64,000 nucleotides of DNA, from NCBI GenBank assembly GCA_038109055.1, contig JAYNIM010000004.1, forward strand, positions 57,079 to 121,078. The letters are read 5' to 3'. Positions 47,675 through 57,890 of this stretch are shown piece after piece. Origin of the DNA: a bacterium. GTDB lineage: Bacteria; Margulisbacteria; Marinamargulisbacteria; GCA-2716485; JAYNIM01. The notes beneath the pieces are model-generated. The model was not told the origin of the DNA. It did not search any database and saw only the letters and a list, made by a program, of their open reading frames with translations. The position numbers were made by a program, and so were the translations under genes. Numbering within the stretch: the stretch's first letter is position 1; every line of letters begins with the position of its first letter.

Positions 47675-48625
47675 TCAAACGTCTGTCCATGTTTCGTTTT
47701 TAGCTGTTTGAAGGTTTTTAATCACTTCGCGACATGATTGTAGCATCGCTTCTTTAACCTCTTCCTGTGTTAATGAAGTTACGGCTAATTTATTTAGTTC
47801 TTTTATATCGATAGAAATAGCACTTGCTTCTTTAGGTTCTTTAGACTGAATGTCTATTTGGCATGTTTTGCCGCTTTCGATCTCATAGGCTTTTTGCACA
47901 ATTTTGGCGACCTCTTCAATTGTCATCGACGTCCCACTGGCCATATTAAAACATTGCTGAGGCTCTGTAGGCCTTTGAACAATAAGGGCGTTAATATACT
48001 TTAATAGTTGCTTAATAGGCAAAAAATCGCGGGTTTGCTTCCCCGATGAGCGCAATGTTATAGAGCCCTTTTCAACCGCTTCTTTGCAAAAACAACCCGG
48101 CACCAAGCTCCAACGATCAATAGACAAGTCATCTGGTGATCCAAACACGTTACTGGGTCGAATAATAACCGTATTCATGCGATCTTGATAGGCTCTTACA
48201 TAGTGTTCTGCGTAATAATGGGTCAAGCCATAATCATCTGTACAATCAATTTCATTATCTAGGCTAATCATGCCAGCCTGGGCCTTGTAAACCCGCATGG
48301 TAGAAAAATAGATAAAGCGCTTTGCACCTGCTTGATGGGCCAACTCTAAGCATTGCTTTGTCCCCCATGCGTTCACCATAAGGGCCTGTTTGGCATCTTG
48401 GCAATCGATTTCATTGGCGGCTGCAAGATGAATGCACAGATCTATTTTTTCCTTGATTTTTAAGGATAGCTTATCTTGGGTCAAATCTTGCTGATAAAAG
48501 CTAACTCCTTTAGGTAACTGATGCTTGCTTCGTGATACTGCAATGATGTTATGACCTTGCCTGTGAAGATCATTTAAGATAAATCGGCCTAAAAAACCTG
48601 AGGTTCCGGTGAGGAGAATGTTCAT
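47675..48625 (-). CDS. NAD-dependent epimerase/dehydratase
   Basis: TGTSGFLG, HLAA, YFST..VY, YGLTH, RPSN, RDF. Confidence 0.85.
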   Translation of the reverse strand: MNILLTGTSGFLGRFILNDLHRQGHNIIAVSRSKHQLPKGVSFYQQDLTQDKLSLKIKEKIDLCIHLAAANEIDCQDAKQALMVNAWGTKQCLELAHQAGAKRFIYFSTMRVYKAQAGMISLDNEIDCTDDYGLTHYYAEHYVRAYQDRMNTVIIRPSNVFGSPDDLSIDRWSLVPGCFCKEAVEKGSITLRSSGKQTRDFLPIKQLLKYINALIVQRPTEPQQCFNMASGTSMTIEEVAKIVQKAYEIESGKTCQIDIQSKEPKEASAISIDIKELNKLAVTSLTQEEVKEAMLQSCREVIKNLQTAKNETWTDV

Positions 48626-49917
48626 GACGCTTTTACCACCACGTGATCCTCAACTCGTTTTTTGGCTCTAAATGTTTCCCATTTTTTATATAGCGAGAAG
48701 AAAAGGCTATTTAGTTCTTTTTTTCCTTTTAACTCTTCCCAGCGTAACCGTGACTTGGCTAATAAGTCTAAAAGAAGAGAGGATGTGTGCTCTATTGCAT
48801 GGTTTTTCTTAAAGTAAGCATAGGTTTTTTTGGATAGGGCTTCCTTGTTATTTATTACCTGATGCATGATATCGTCCATTGAATGCGTACCTGCTTTGTA
48901 GGATGGGCTTAGGATTTGTTCGCAGGTATCATACTCTGACATTTCATATAGAAAATGATATTTGTAGCCCGCGGCTATTGGCTCATAAGAAAAATTTAAA
49001 CACATGGTCGGAACACCCAATATGGCGGCATCTAGTGCGGCGATGCCCATAGCAAAAAAGCCATCCATTTGTGATGAAAATTCAGGTAATTTATCAGGCC
49101 AAATGTGTTTGATGCGATGAATCGAAAGAAAGTCAGATTTTGGCTGTTTTAAATGTTCTTCTTGATCGCCATATCCTGTAATATGAAATTGAATCACGCA
49201 TTGATGATCGGCTGCATATTTATCTAAATCTTGAATCACACGATTAATGATATGAATTTGAAAGTCTGATATACGTCCTACCCATGCAAGTTGTAGCTCT
49301 TTTTTCTGTTTAAACTCTTTAAGATAAAAATTTTGTTTTGGATAATCACTTTGATTGGGTGCAAATAAGCCTTCTTTAAATTTATAGTTAAAGGCTTGTT
49401 CAATATTTCGTTTTGTTGCCCCATTAATAAAGCCAATGGCATCGTGATTAGCCAATAGCTTTAATAGCCATTTTGACCGTTGATATTCGACCCTTAAAAT
49501 ACTGCCCCATATCGCACGAGATTTCCAATATATACGCGTAGTTATATGGCGAAATTTTGGCATAGCAGGTAAAATATTGCCCTGGTGTGTTGTCAAAAAA
49601 AATAACTGCGTGTCATCCGGGATCATTAAATTCTTATACTCTAAGCGTAATGACCATGGTGGCAATAACTGCATAATTAAAACTGCATTTTCAGGAATTT
49701 GGGCACCCTTTTCATGATCAAAGAAAATAATTTCTATGCTAGAAGTGTCTGGTAGGCTTTGATGCATATAACCATTTTTATAATCTACCAACGCAATATC
49801 ATAGCCTTGTTTTTCTAAATACAAAGCTGTTCTAACAAAATACACCTGTACTCCACCCACGCCATAATAAGGGAAAAAGAAGACTAGTTTTTTGTTTTTG
49901 AGTTCAGATAATTGCAC
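48622..49917 (-). CDS. Putative GT-B glycosyltransferase
   Basis: FFPYYGVGGVQ, WVGRI, MGIAALDAAILGVP. Confidence 0.6.
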   Translation of the reverse strand: MQLSELKNKKLVFFFPYYGVGGVQVYFVRTALYLEKQGYDIALVDYKNGYMHQSLPDTSSIEIIFFDHEKGAQIPENAVLIMQLLPPWSLRLEYKNLMIPDDTQLFFLTTHQGNILPAMPKFRHITTRIYWKSRAIWGSILRVEYQRSKWLLKLLANHDAIGFINGATKRNIEQAFNYKFKEGLFAPNQSDYPKQNFYLKEFKQKKELQLAWVGRISDFQIHIINRVIQDLDKYAADHQCVIQFHITGYGDQEEHLKQPKSDFLSIHRIKHIWPDKLPEFSSQMDGFFAMGIAALDAAILGVPTMCLNFSYEPIAAGYKYHFLYEMSEYDTCEQILSPSYKAGTHSMDDIMHQVINNKEALSKKTYAYFKKNHAIEHTSSLLLDLLAKSRLRWEELKGKKELNSLFFSLYKKWETFRAKKRVEDHVVVKAS

Positions 49918-50000
49918 CTGTGTATAATAGTTTGTTTTTTATTGGCTCACAAGTAAACAGAACTTATCTACTCTATAAATATTCGCTACACTATATCCAT

Positions 50001-50939
50001 ATGAACCAAAGCAAAATTGCGGTGTCATCGGCCTCATTCTCTCAGTCAAATGATCTGGTTACTCTTCTTGAGCAACATTTTTCTCATGTTACCTATAATA
50101 CGACGCGTCAGGTGTTATCAGAAGATGCACTCGTTGCGTGTATTGGCGATGCTGAGGCTGTTATCGTCGGGCAAGACATTTTTAATGAAGATATATTGCT
50201 GGCATGCCCCTCATTAAAATTCATCGCTAAATATGGCGTTGGTATGGATAATATTGATGAAGTGGCCTGCGCGAAACATGGTGTTCAGATTGGCTGGACA
50301 GGCGGAGTTAACCGACGTAGTGTGGCTGAAATGACCGTGGCCTTTATGCTTTCGCTTATTCGCAATCTATATTCAAGCTCTATCAAGCTTTCAGCTGGCC
50401 ATTGGCATAAATCGGGTGGTATGCAGCTGAGTGGAAAAACGGTGGGTATTATTGGTATGGGGCATATAGGCAAAGAAGTAGTTGAGCTACTTCGTCCCTT
50501 TAACTGTCGTATTCTAGCCAATGATATTATTGATCAAGAGAGCTACTATCGTCACAATAACATTGAGCATTGTGATAAAGACGCTTTGCTTAAACGCTCA
50601 GATATCGTTACCTTGCATACCCCTTTAACAACACAAACTCAATATATAATTAACAAAGATTCACTAGGTCTGATGCAACCAGACGCTTTTTTAATCAATA
50701 CGGCACGAGGAAAACTAGTTGATATAAATGCCTTAAAACAGGCCTTAATCAATGGTGATATTTTAGGCGCTGCTTTAGATGTTTATGAGGACGAACCCCC
50801 TACAGACTTGGATTTTTTACGCTTAGATAATCTTTTTTGTACGCCTCATATTGGTGGCAATGCCAAAGAAGCTGTGTTGGCGATGGGGCGGTCGGCTGTT
50901 TCACATTTAATTAATTTTTTCGGTAAACACACCTATTAA
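50001..50939 (+). CDS. D-isomer-specific 2-hydroxyacid dehydrogenase (phosphoglycerate dehydrogenase-like)
   Basis: YGVGMDNID, GIIGMGHIG, LINTARG, LDVYEDEP, TPHIGG; start placed at ATG 50001. Confidence 0.9.
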   Translation: MNQSKIAVSSASFSQSNDLVTLLEQHFSHVTYNTTRQVLSEDALVACIGDAEAVIVGQDIFNEDILLACPSLKFIAKYGVGMDNIDEVACAKHGVQIGWTGGVNRRSVAEMTVAFMLSLIRNLYSSSIKLSAGHWHKSGGMQLSGKTVGIIGMGHIGKEVVELLRPFNCRILANDIIDQESYYRHNNIEHCDKDALLKRSDIVTLHTPLTTQTQYIINKDSLGLMQPDAFLINTARGKLVDINALKQALINGDILGAALDVYEDEPPTDLDFLRLDNLFCTPHIGGNAKEAVLAMGRSAVSHLINFFGKHTY

Positions 50940-51001
50940 TTACTACTTATATTTCGGACTGATGTGTTATTTTAATATTTTACTATTTATAGTAATCTTA
51001 T

Positions 51002-51958
51002 ATGCTATCAGTTATGGCTATTAAAGAGCATGTAAGTTCAAATTCTTTCTTTAAATTTAACTCTAATCAACTTAAGGCCAATCCTTTATTAAATGCTGTC
51101 AACCTGATTTTTAGATTAATTAATAAACTTCTCAGATTTTCTTTAAAAATAGAGCTGAGGAAAGTCCGTCCTGAATGTGATGATTATTTACTTTCTAAAA
51201 TCGAAAGCAAAAAAATTAAGGCCCTTCAATTATCTTCCCTTAGCCAATATTTTAAGCGTTTTTTTAATTCATTAAATGTCAATATTAATAATTATGATTT
51301 TACAGCTATGATCAAAAAATATGATGACTTATTTTTTGATCATCCTATATCAAACTTGAATGGTGGCATGACATACAATTCGGGTCTACTTACATTTTTA
51401 TTCGTAAATATTATTAACCCTGATATTGTAATTGAATCTGGTGTATGGAAGGGCTTTAGTACATACCTAATTGATCATGCATCGTCTAGTCATTGTAAGA
51501 TATTTTGCTTTGATATTAATTATTCAAAACTTGAATACCGCTCATCTAAAGCCACATATTTTGAACAAGACATAGAAAATTCTACGATTAATTTTTCAGG
51601 AAAAAAAGTACTTGCTTTTTTTGATGACCATGTTTCTCATTATCATCGTTTATTATATTGTTTAAAGCAACAAGTTGAGCACATCATTCTTGATGATGAT
51701 GTTCCTTTACAAGCTGTACATAGTGATGGTTGGCCACCAATACCCACTGCTAACATGCTCAAAAATTACGAAAAAATACCCCATGAATTTGATTGGTTAT
51801 CTCTAGGTAGACATGGTATGGCTGACATTTCTGGCCTTGATGCTAGCACTGTTATTTCAAAATTTCATTATGCTACTATGTCAGATTTATTTCAGTTTAC
51901 TGGCTTTAAAAACGGATCATTTACATCAATTTTATCCCGCTCTGACTTAGTAATTTAA
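51002..51958 (+). CDS. Hypothetical protein, possible SAM-dependent methyltransferase fold
   Basis: VIESGVWKGFST, CFDI, FFDDH; likely start ATG 51014. Confidence 0.55.
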   Translation: MLSVMAIKEHVSSNSFFKFNSNQLKANPLLNAVNLIFRLINKLLRFSLKIELRKVRPECDDYLLSKIESKKIKALQLSSLSQYFKRFFNSLNVNINNYDFTAMIKKYDDLFFDHPISNLNGGMTYNSGLLTFLFVNIINPDIVIESGVWKGFSTYLIDHASSSHCKIFCFDINYSKLEYRSSKATYFEQDIENSTINFSGKKVLAFFDDHVSHYHRLLYCLKQQVEHIILDDDVPLQAVHSDGWPPIPTANMLKNYEKIPHEFDWLSLGRHGMADISGLDASTVISKFHYATMSDLFQFTGFKNGSFTSILSRSDLVI

Positions 51959-51989
51959 TTTTACTCGACTACTTTTATTTATTCAAAGT

Positions 51990-52335
51990 AAGTTGTGTAT
52001 TCATATCATCTAATTTAATTAAAGAATCTTTTATATACGTCTGCCTAAGACCTTTACTATCTGTAGAAACATGCTTTTTGTTATAATGCGTGCTGGCAAA
52101 AAAGGAAACATGAGGTCGCTATTCACCTGTATGTAATGCCCAACTGTAATCATCTAGTGATGGTATAAGCTCTATTAATCTTTTTATTAAAATACTTATT
52201 GAAGAAAAGAGCTCAGCTTATGGAGTGGCTATTATTAACACCTAAATAATCATTGTTTTTACTATCAATCTTTTCTATCGAGATATATAAACAATATTCT
52301 TTTTAGTAAATGCGTCTAATTTCAAATATATTTTT
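51990..52335 (-). pseudogene. Decayed copy of the junction between the sugar methyltransferase 3' end and the SGNH gene 5' end
   Basis: ~51990-52210 closely matches ~55467-55731 with a TGG>TAG stop and a ~60-bp deletion; ~52295-52331 matches ~55762-55800 (IYLKLDAFTKKN). Confidence 0.85.
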
Positions 52336-52352
52336 TTAACTTTTAAACTCTT

Positions 52353-52472
52353 CTAAAAATGGGGATATATATCTTTGAATTCTTTTTTATTTTTTCTTTT
52401 CTTATCTATCCATGATATGACAAAAGAAATAATGAAAATCACAAACAATATACTTAATATTACTTTTAACAT
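52353..52472 (-). CDS. 39-aa single-TM small protein downstream of the carbamoyltransferase
   Basis: AAGGA SD; MLKVILSILFVIFIISFVISWIDKKRKNKKEFKDIYPHF. Confidence 0.6.
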   Translation of the reverse strand: MLKVILSILFVIFIISFVISWIDKKRKNKKEFKDIYPHF

Positions 52473-52509
52473 AGACCATCCTTAATTATTTTTATCACTT
52501 ATTTTTGCG

Positions 52510-52668
52510 TTATTTATTTTGCTTACTTGTATGCAAAAAATACGAATTTATTTGTTCATTCAGATTAACTGTTAAAAACGCTTTCCCGGTGAAGATACTA
52601 ACTACTTTAATTGGCAAAATTACCACAATATAAATAAAAATCAAACATGTATTACCTAAAATTTTCAT
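52510..52668 (-). CDS. 52-aa membrane peptide resembling the C-terminal half of SxtJ-family proteins
   Basis: Starts 10 nt after the carbamoyltransferase stop; MKILGNTCLIFIYIVVILPIKVVSIFTGKAFLTVNLNEQINSYF... Confidence 0.55.
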   Translation of the reverse strand: MKILGNTCLIFIYIVVILPIKVVSIFTGKAFLTVNLNEQINSYFLHTSKQNK

Positions 52669-52678
52669 ACTTAGCCAA

Positions 52679-54532
52679 TCAATCTAATTCAAACTCTTTT
52701 TGCCATTCCAATGATTTATTTTGATTGGCTTGTTCAGGTTTATATAATATAAAGTTTTCTATAACCAAACAATCCATTTCAGTCCTCATAAAACAACGAT
52801 AAGCATCCTTTGGTGTACATACAATGGGCTCTCCCCTGACATTAAATGAGGTATTAATTAATACTGGAACATTGGTTAATTTATTAAATGCTGCTAGTAA
52901 ATCATAATAACGTGGATTGCCATCTTGATTAACAGTTTGAACCCGTGCTGAGTAATCGACATGCGTTACGGCTGGAATTTCAGATCGTTTTGTTTTTAAC
53001 AAATCAATACCCCATTCATTTTCATCTGATTGTTGAGTTAATTGTTTGTCTTTGTGTATATCAGTAACCAGCAGCATATGAGGCGATTTACAATCTAGGT
53101 CAAACCACTCACTGACCTTTTCTTCAAGTACTGAAGGGGCAAATGGGCGGAAAGACTCACGATATTTAATTTTTAAATTCATAATTGACTGCATGGCTTC
53201 ATTTCGAGGATCACCTAATATAGACCTCCCCCCTAATGCACGTGGGCCAAACTCCATTCTTCCTTGAAACCAACCCACTACTTTTGCATTATTTAATTGC
53301 TCGGCTGTTGTTTCAATGAGCTGAGTATCAGACAAACGATGATAACAAGCTCCCAAAGATTGCAAGACCAATTCAACTTCTTTACAGCTATATTTTGGAC
53401 CTAAATATGACCCATGATATTGCTGTGCTACATTATTTTTAATAACAGTATTATTAGATTGCTGATAAAAACTATACAAGGCCGCCCCTAACGCCCCTCC
53501 TGCATCGCCTGCTGCAGGTTGAATCCAAATATCTTTAAATACCTTTTCTTTTAGTAACTTACCATTTGCAACACAATTAAGCGCTACCCCACCCGCCAAG
53601 CATAAGTAATCTGCACCTGTTTGCTTTTTTATTGTTTTTGCTAATTTAATGACAATATCTTGTGTGACTTGTTGAATAGAATACGCTAGGTCCATTTCTT
53701 TTTGGCCTATCTTGGTCTCGGGCTTTCTGGGCGGTCCATCAAAAAGATCATGAAATGCTTGATTTGTCATACGTTGACCTATAGCAAAATCAAAGTACTT
53801 CATATTTAAGCGAAAACTACCATCTTCTTTTACATCAATTAAATACTTGTATATTGTATCGACATAGTTAGGCTTACCATAAGGTGCCAGACCCATTAGT
53901 TTGTATTCCCCTGAGTTAACTTTAAATCCGGCATAATATGTAAAGGCTGAATACAATAAACCAATTGAATGGGGAAAGTTGATTTGCCATATCAAATCTA
54001 AATTTTGTTCTTTTCCTAGCCAAGCACTTGTTGTTGCCCACTCACCCACGCCATCCATACAAAGCACGGCAGCCGCGCTAAATGGACTGGGATAAAACGC
54101 GGATGCTGCGTGAGATTGATGATGATTAGTGCAATGAATTTTAGATTTCAATTCGGCTTTGCTTATTTTGTTATCAATCGCTAATAACTCTTTTGCTATA
54201 CATTGTTTCATCCATAATTTTTCTTTAATCCAATTAGGGATGACATGTAAAAAGTGCCTGAAACTTTTTGGCGCGTATGCTATATATGTTGCTAAAAGAC
54301 GCTTAAACGTCAATTTAGGATTATCATAAAAAACAATACGATCAACTTCTGATAATGTAACTATCTTTGCCTCTTTTAAGCAATATTTTATTGCATTGAT
54401 TGGAAATGAGGGATCATGTTTTTTTCTTGTAAAGCGTTCTTCTTGTGCTGCTGCGATCACAATCCCATTTGATATCAATGCCGCTGCACTGTCATGGTAA
54501 TAAGCTGATATACCAAGAATTATTTTAGTCAT
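52679..54532 (-). CDS. O-carbamoyltransferase (NodU/CmcH/SxtI family)
   Basis: ILGISAYYHDSAAAL, AQEERFTR, HHQSHAASAF, DGVGEW, GEYKLMGLAPYG, GGVALNC, EFGPRALG, KYRESFRPFAP, NTSFN. Confidence 0.95.
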   Translation of the reverse strand: MTKIILGISAYYHDSAAALISNGIVIAAAQEERFTRKKHDPSFPINAIKYCLKEAKIVTLSEVDRIVFYDNPKLTFKRLLATYIAYAPKSFRHFLHVIPNWIKEKLWMKQCIAKELLAIDNKISKAELKSKIHCTNHHQSHAASAFYPSPFSAAAVLCMDGVGEWATTSAWLGKEQNLDLIWQINFPHSIGLLYSAFTYYAGFKVNSGEYKLMGLAPYGKPNYVDTIYKYLIDVKEDGSFRLNMKYFDFAIGQRMTNQAFHDLFDGPPRKPETKIGQKEMDLAYSIQQVTQDIVIKLAKTIKKQTGADYLCLAGGVALNCVANGKLLKEKVFKDIWIQPAAGDAGGALGAALYSFYQQSNNTVIKNNVAQQYHGSYLGPKYSCKEVELVLQSLGACYHRLSDTQLIETTAEQLNNAKVVGWFQGRMEFGPRALGGRSILGDPRNEAMQSIMNLKIKYRESFRPFAPSVLEEKVSEWFDLDCKSPHMLLVTDIHKDKQLTQQSDENEWGIDLLKTKRSEIPAVTHVDYSARVQTVNQDGNPRYYDLLAAFNKLTNVPVLINTSFNVRGEPIVCTPKDAYRCFMRTEMDCLVIENFILYKPEQANQNKSLEWQKEFELD

Positions 54533-54557
54533 TATATTTTTAACTTATGGAAGATCA

Positions 54558-55712
54558 TTAAATAATGTCTTGAATTACTCTAGCACATATTTCATTGCCT
54601 CTATCTGTCATATGTTGTGTATCCCAAAAAATCCACTCATTTTTTATATCATATTTTTTTAATTCCTGATTCATATCAAAAAACATTATATTATGTGTTT
54701 GACAAATTTTTGTCATTTCTGCCTGGTACCACTTGTATAAATTTTCATCCATATCGTCTTTAACGACGCCATCTCTTTTTCTTCTTATATGATATAAATC
54801 AATTAATTCTTGTTCTTCCTTTGTTAATTTTTTATTACACCATTTATAATAAGGCTGCATGATATAAATAATCTCAAATCCTAATTGTTTGGAAAGTATT
54901 TCCCAATTAGAAAAATTATTTTTTATTGGCTGAATAATATTCTTAACTTCCTTCTTATGATCTTGTATTTTATAAAATGCCGATTGATGCGTAGTTTGCT
55001 GCAGCTGCTTATATGTTATTTTTTTTCTTAAAAAATTTATCAATGGCTTAAGCTTAATGGTATTCATATCAATACCATATTTTTTAATTTCTTTAGAATA
55101 AAAACTATCTATTAATTTTCTGATAACTCTTGAAATAAAAGAATGCTCTATATTTGGAACAAATGTTTTTCTAAAAAGTGAAGCATGATGTACAGTTCCA
55201 AAATCATTATTATATTTGTCACTCATAAAAAAAATTCTTATATCATTGTATCCACTAAACAATATAACTCTTTTTATATTTTGAAATAAATGACGGTACA
55301 TCATAAATAAAATTAATTCTTGGCCTCCAGTAAACCCATTAGCCCCAAAATTCACCCATTTACTTTGGTCATCTAAGTCAATGTTATTTAGATAAGATGG
55401 AATCGTTTTTTTATCGCTACTCGCGCCAGCTCCAAATGTTACAGAGCCTCCTAGCATAATGTTAATAGGTTGTGTTGCCATATTATCTAATTTAATTAAA
55501 GAATCTTTTATATAAGTTTGCCTAAAACCTTTACTATCTGTAGAAACATGCTTTTTGTTATAATGCGTGCTAGCAAAAAAGGAAACATGAGGTCGCCATT
55601 CACCTGTATGTAATGCCCAATTGTAATCATCTACTGAAGGTATAAGTTCTAATAATCTTTTATAATCTTTATTCATTAGTTTAGATGGTAACAGAATGGC
55701 TTTTTTATTCAA
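54558..55712 (-). CDS. SGNH/GDSL hydrolase-fold protein
   Basis: GGSVTFG (block I), NFGANG, GYND (block III), DTQH (block V). Confidence 0.75.
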   Translation of the reverse strand: MNKKAILLPSKLMNKDYKRLLELIPSVDDYNWALHTGEWRPHVSFFASTHYNKKHVSTDSKGFRQTYIKDSLIKLDNMATQPINIMLGGSVTFGAGASSDKKTIPSYLNNIDLDDQSKWVNFGANGFTGGQELILFMMYRHLFQNIKRVILFSGYNDIRIFFMSDKYNNDFGTVHHASLFRKTFVPNIEHSFISRVIRKLIDSFYSKEIKKYGIDMNTIKLKPLINFLRKKITYKQLQQTTHQSAFYKIQDHKKEVKNIIQPIKNNFSNWEILSKQLGFEIIYIMQPYYKWCNKKLTKEEQELIDLYHIRRKRDGVVKDDMDENLYKWYQAEMTKICQTHNIMFFDMNQELKKYDIKNEWIFWDTQHMTDRGNEICARVIQDII

Positions 55713-55741
55713 ATACTTATTGAAGAGAAGAAATTATTTTA

Positions 55742-56809
55742 TTATGTAGACACATACATGTAATTCTTTTTTGTAAATGCATCCAATTTTAAGTATATAT
55801 CTCTTTCAAACTTATCAAAGTTTATATCTTTAAAAAAAAGAGGTAATTCATCTGGGTGATAGGTCGTTTTTAAGTCATAACTAGCATAGCTAATGAGTGC
55901 TATTTTTGTTTTGTCTGAGTCTGGAAATTTCTTAAATTTCTCAACATAATTCTCAACTACTTTCTTCGGCATTTCTACAAATGAATACGCATTCATCAAT
56001 AAATCTACTGAATCTCTAAAACACTCTATCTGCCACGGGGCTATACATAACACCTCCAATTCATCATTAGGAGTAAAGCGAAGTTCTTTTACATCTCTTA
56101 AACTTTCATAATCTTTAATTGCATTACCATAAAACGCTTTTAAATATTGTGTTCCCACATATAAGTTTGGTGGAATATCTAGATATAAAAATTTTTTGAT
56201 ATTTGGATAATTTTCTATTAATAAATGAATATTTACGCCAAACCCGGGACCAATTTCAAACACCGAAGATAATGACTTAAAATTAACTTTCTCACTCAAA
56301 TGATCATGTTGGTCGAGTAACATTAAGTAATGAGCTGAATATCTTTTATCATTAATACACACGTTACATTCACTACCTCCCAATAACGAATAGGGCAGTT
56401 TATAATTATGTACTAAGTGTGCTGTTCTTGGAGACAAGTCTACAATTTCTTGTATATATTGATTACATCTTGTTGCGAACCTTTTAGTACATGCAACTTG
56501 AGCGTCGTATACCCTATTTAAAGGGTACTGCTTTGTTAGCCAAGAAGCTATTTTTCGTTTCCATCCTAAGGTAAACCCGTCTCTAATATCAATGAGGGTA
56601 TTATCAGCAAACTCATTACCAATATCGTTACTGTTTCCTCTGAAATATTTTAATCCATGTGTTATAAGCTGATCTGTTGCCGTTCTCGCTTTATCAACCC
56701 AATAAGGACCTGGATGATAAATAGCCGACTGCTGTTCTTGATCCTGAACCATGCATTTTAGTAGCTTAATATTATTTTTGATTTCTATTTTATTTTTTAT
56801 TACTGACAT
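55742..56809 (-). CDS. Putative sugar O-methyltransferase
   Basis: Y.PG.YW, FEIGPGFG, YLDIP, SFVEMP; AAGGAG SD before ATG 56809. Confidence 0.75.
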   Translation of the reverse strand: MSVIKNKIEIKNNIKLLKCMVQDQEQQSAIYHPGPYWVDKARTATDQLITHGLKYFRGNSNDIGNEFADNTLIDIRDGFTLGWKRKIASWLTKQYPLNRVYDAQVACTKRFATRCNQYIQEIVDLSPRTAHLVHNYKLPYSLLGGSECNVCINDKRYSAHYLMLLDQHDHLSEKVNFKSLSSVFEIGPGFGVNIHLLIENYPNIKKFLYLDIPPNLYVGTQYLKAFYGNAIKDYESLRDVKELRFTPNDELEVLCIAPWQIECFRDSVDLLMNAYSFVEMPKKVVENYVEKFKKFPDSDKTKIALISYASYDLKTTYHPDELPLFFKDINFDKFERDIYLKLDAFTKKNYMYVST

Positions 56810-56956
56810 TTTTTCTCCTTGATAGCCAATCATCAAAATAATCACTCCCCTCATAGGCCTTTAAGTCTTGATGACTATCAATCTCTAACCACTGTTGATG
56901 GGTTATGCAGGCTTTTATTGGGCAACAATCGTTAATAATCTGTTGTAAAAAATGGG

Positions 56957-57703
56957 TCATATCCATATTGTTGTAGGTATTGCCTTTTTCTTCAAGGTAT
57001 GAAGTCTAATTAAATCTACCATCATTTTATTTTTTAAATGCGGTTCAATTTTACTGAATTGTAAAACTGATTTGCTATACTCGAAAACTCCACATAAATC
57101 ATAATAATCACTCCTAAGTAAATATCTAATTTTATATACTTTCCTGTAAAAAGAATGCAAACTTGCCAGGGGGTTCCGGATGGTGCCTATAAAAAACAAA
57201 TTTGGAAAATCTTCTAATAATAGTTTTATTTCACATAAGCTGTGTGCATGGTAATTTATGTATTTTACAGAACTTGGTTCATATCGGTTTAAATAGGCAC
57301 AATGAATCAGCTAAAAAAATTCTTTTCTTGATATTTCTGATTTATTTTTAAAAAGGATTTCTTTAAATCTATTTATTCTTTTTTTAAACTCTAGTGGCGA
57401 AAGAGTAATATGTTTATCTCCATCCTTACCGAAGTATCCTGAAACACCTGCTCCTCCCCATCCTCCAAAATATCCAAATTTTGTATTAAAAAGCGAAGAA
57501 AATCTCTTAATAAATTCATCGATAGTATTGTCAAAATAAGTCACATCCACTAATGCTATAGTTTTTGGAAGATGTGTATATATAGGCCCAAAGTATGGGA
57601 GAGTTAAAATTTCATTAACTCCGTCTAATAATGATTAGAGAAAAACTGACCCTGATCTCCCAAATGGACAGATGACAATTAAATTATATTCTATATTTTT
57701 CAT
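56957..57703 (-). pseudogene. Sulfotransferase-family pseudogene with two in-frame stops
   Basis: One frame from ATG 57703: PFGRSGSVFL*SLLDG (TAA 57635-57637), FF*LIH (TAG 57311-57313), IRNP; GRSGS and RNP match the PAPS-binding motifs. Confidence 0.75.
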
Positions 57704-57890
57704 TTATACCCTTTTTATACCTAATTTAGGTTTATTCATATTGAACTTCTACCATAGAATAAAAAGTTTATATATATATTTCTTTTAATTTCTGTAAGAA
57801 TTTGGAAGGCTCACATGACTGTATAATTAGGGTCAATATATGTATGTGTCTCTCAACATTGCATAAAAGCCTGTGTATACTGTTGATTAT

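Noticed and set aside
52353..55712. Saxitoxin biosynthesis cluster
   Set aside because: Only the carbamoyltransferase-associated module is present; no sxtA/sxtG-like genes, and the context is glycan synthesis.
56957..57703. Stop-codon reassignment or readthrough
   Set aside because: Two different stops are involved and both terminate normal genes elsewhere in the window; pseudogenisation is simpler.
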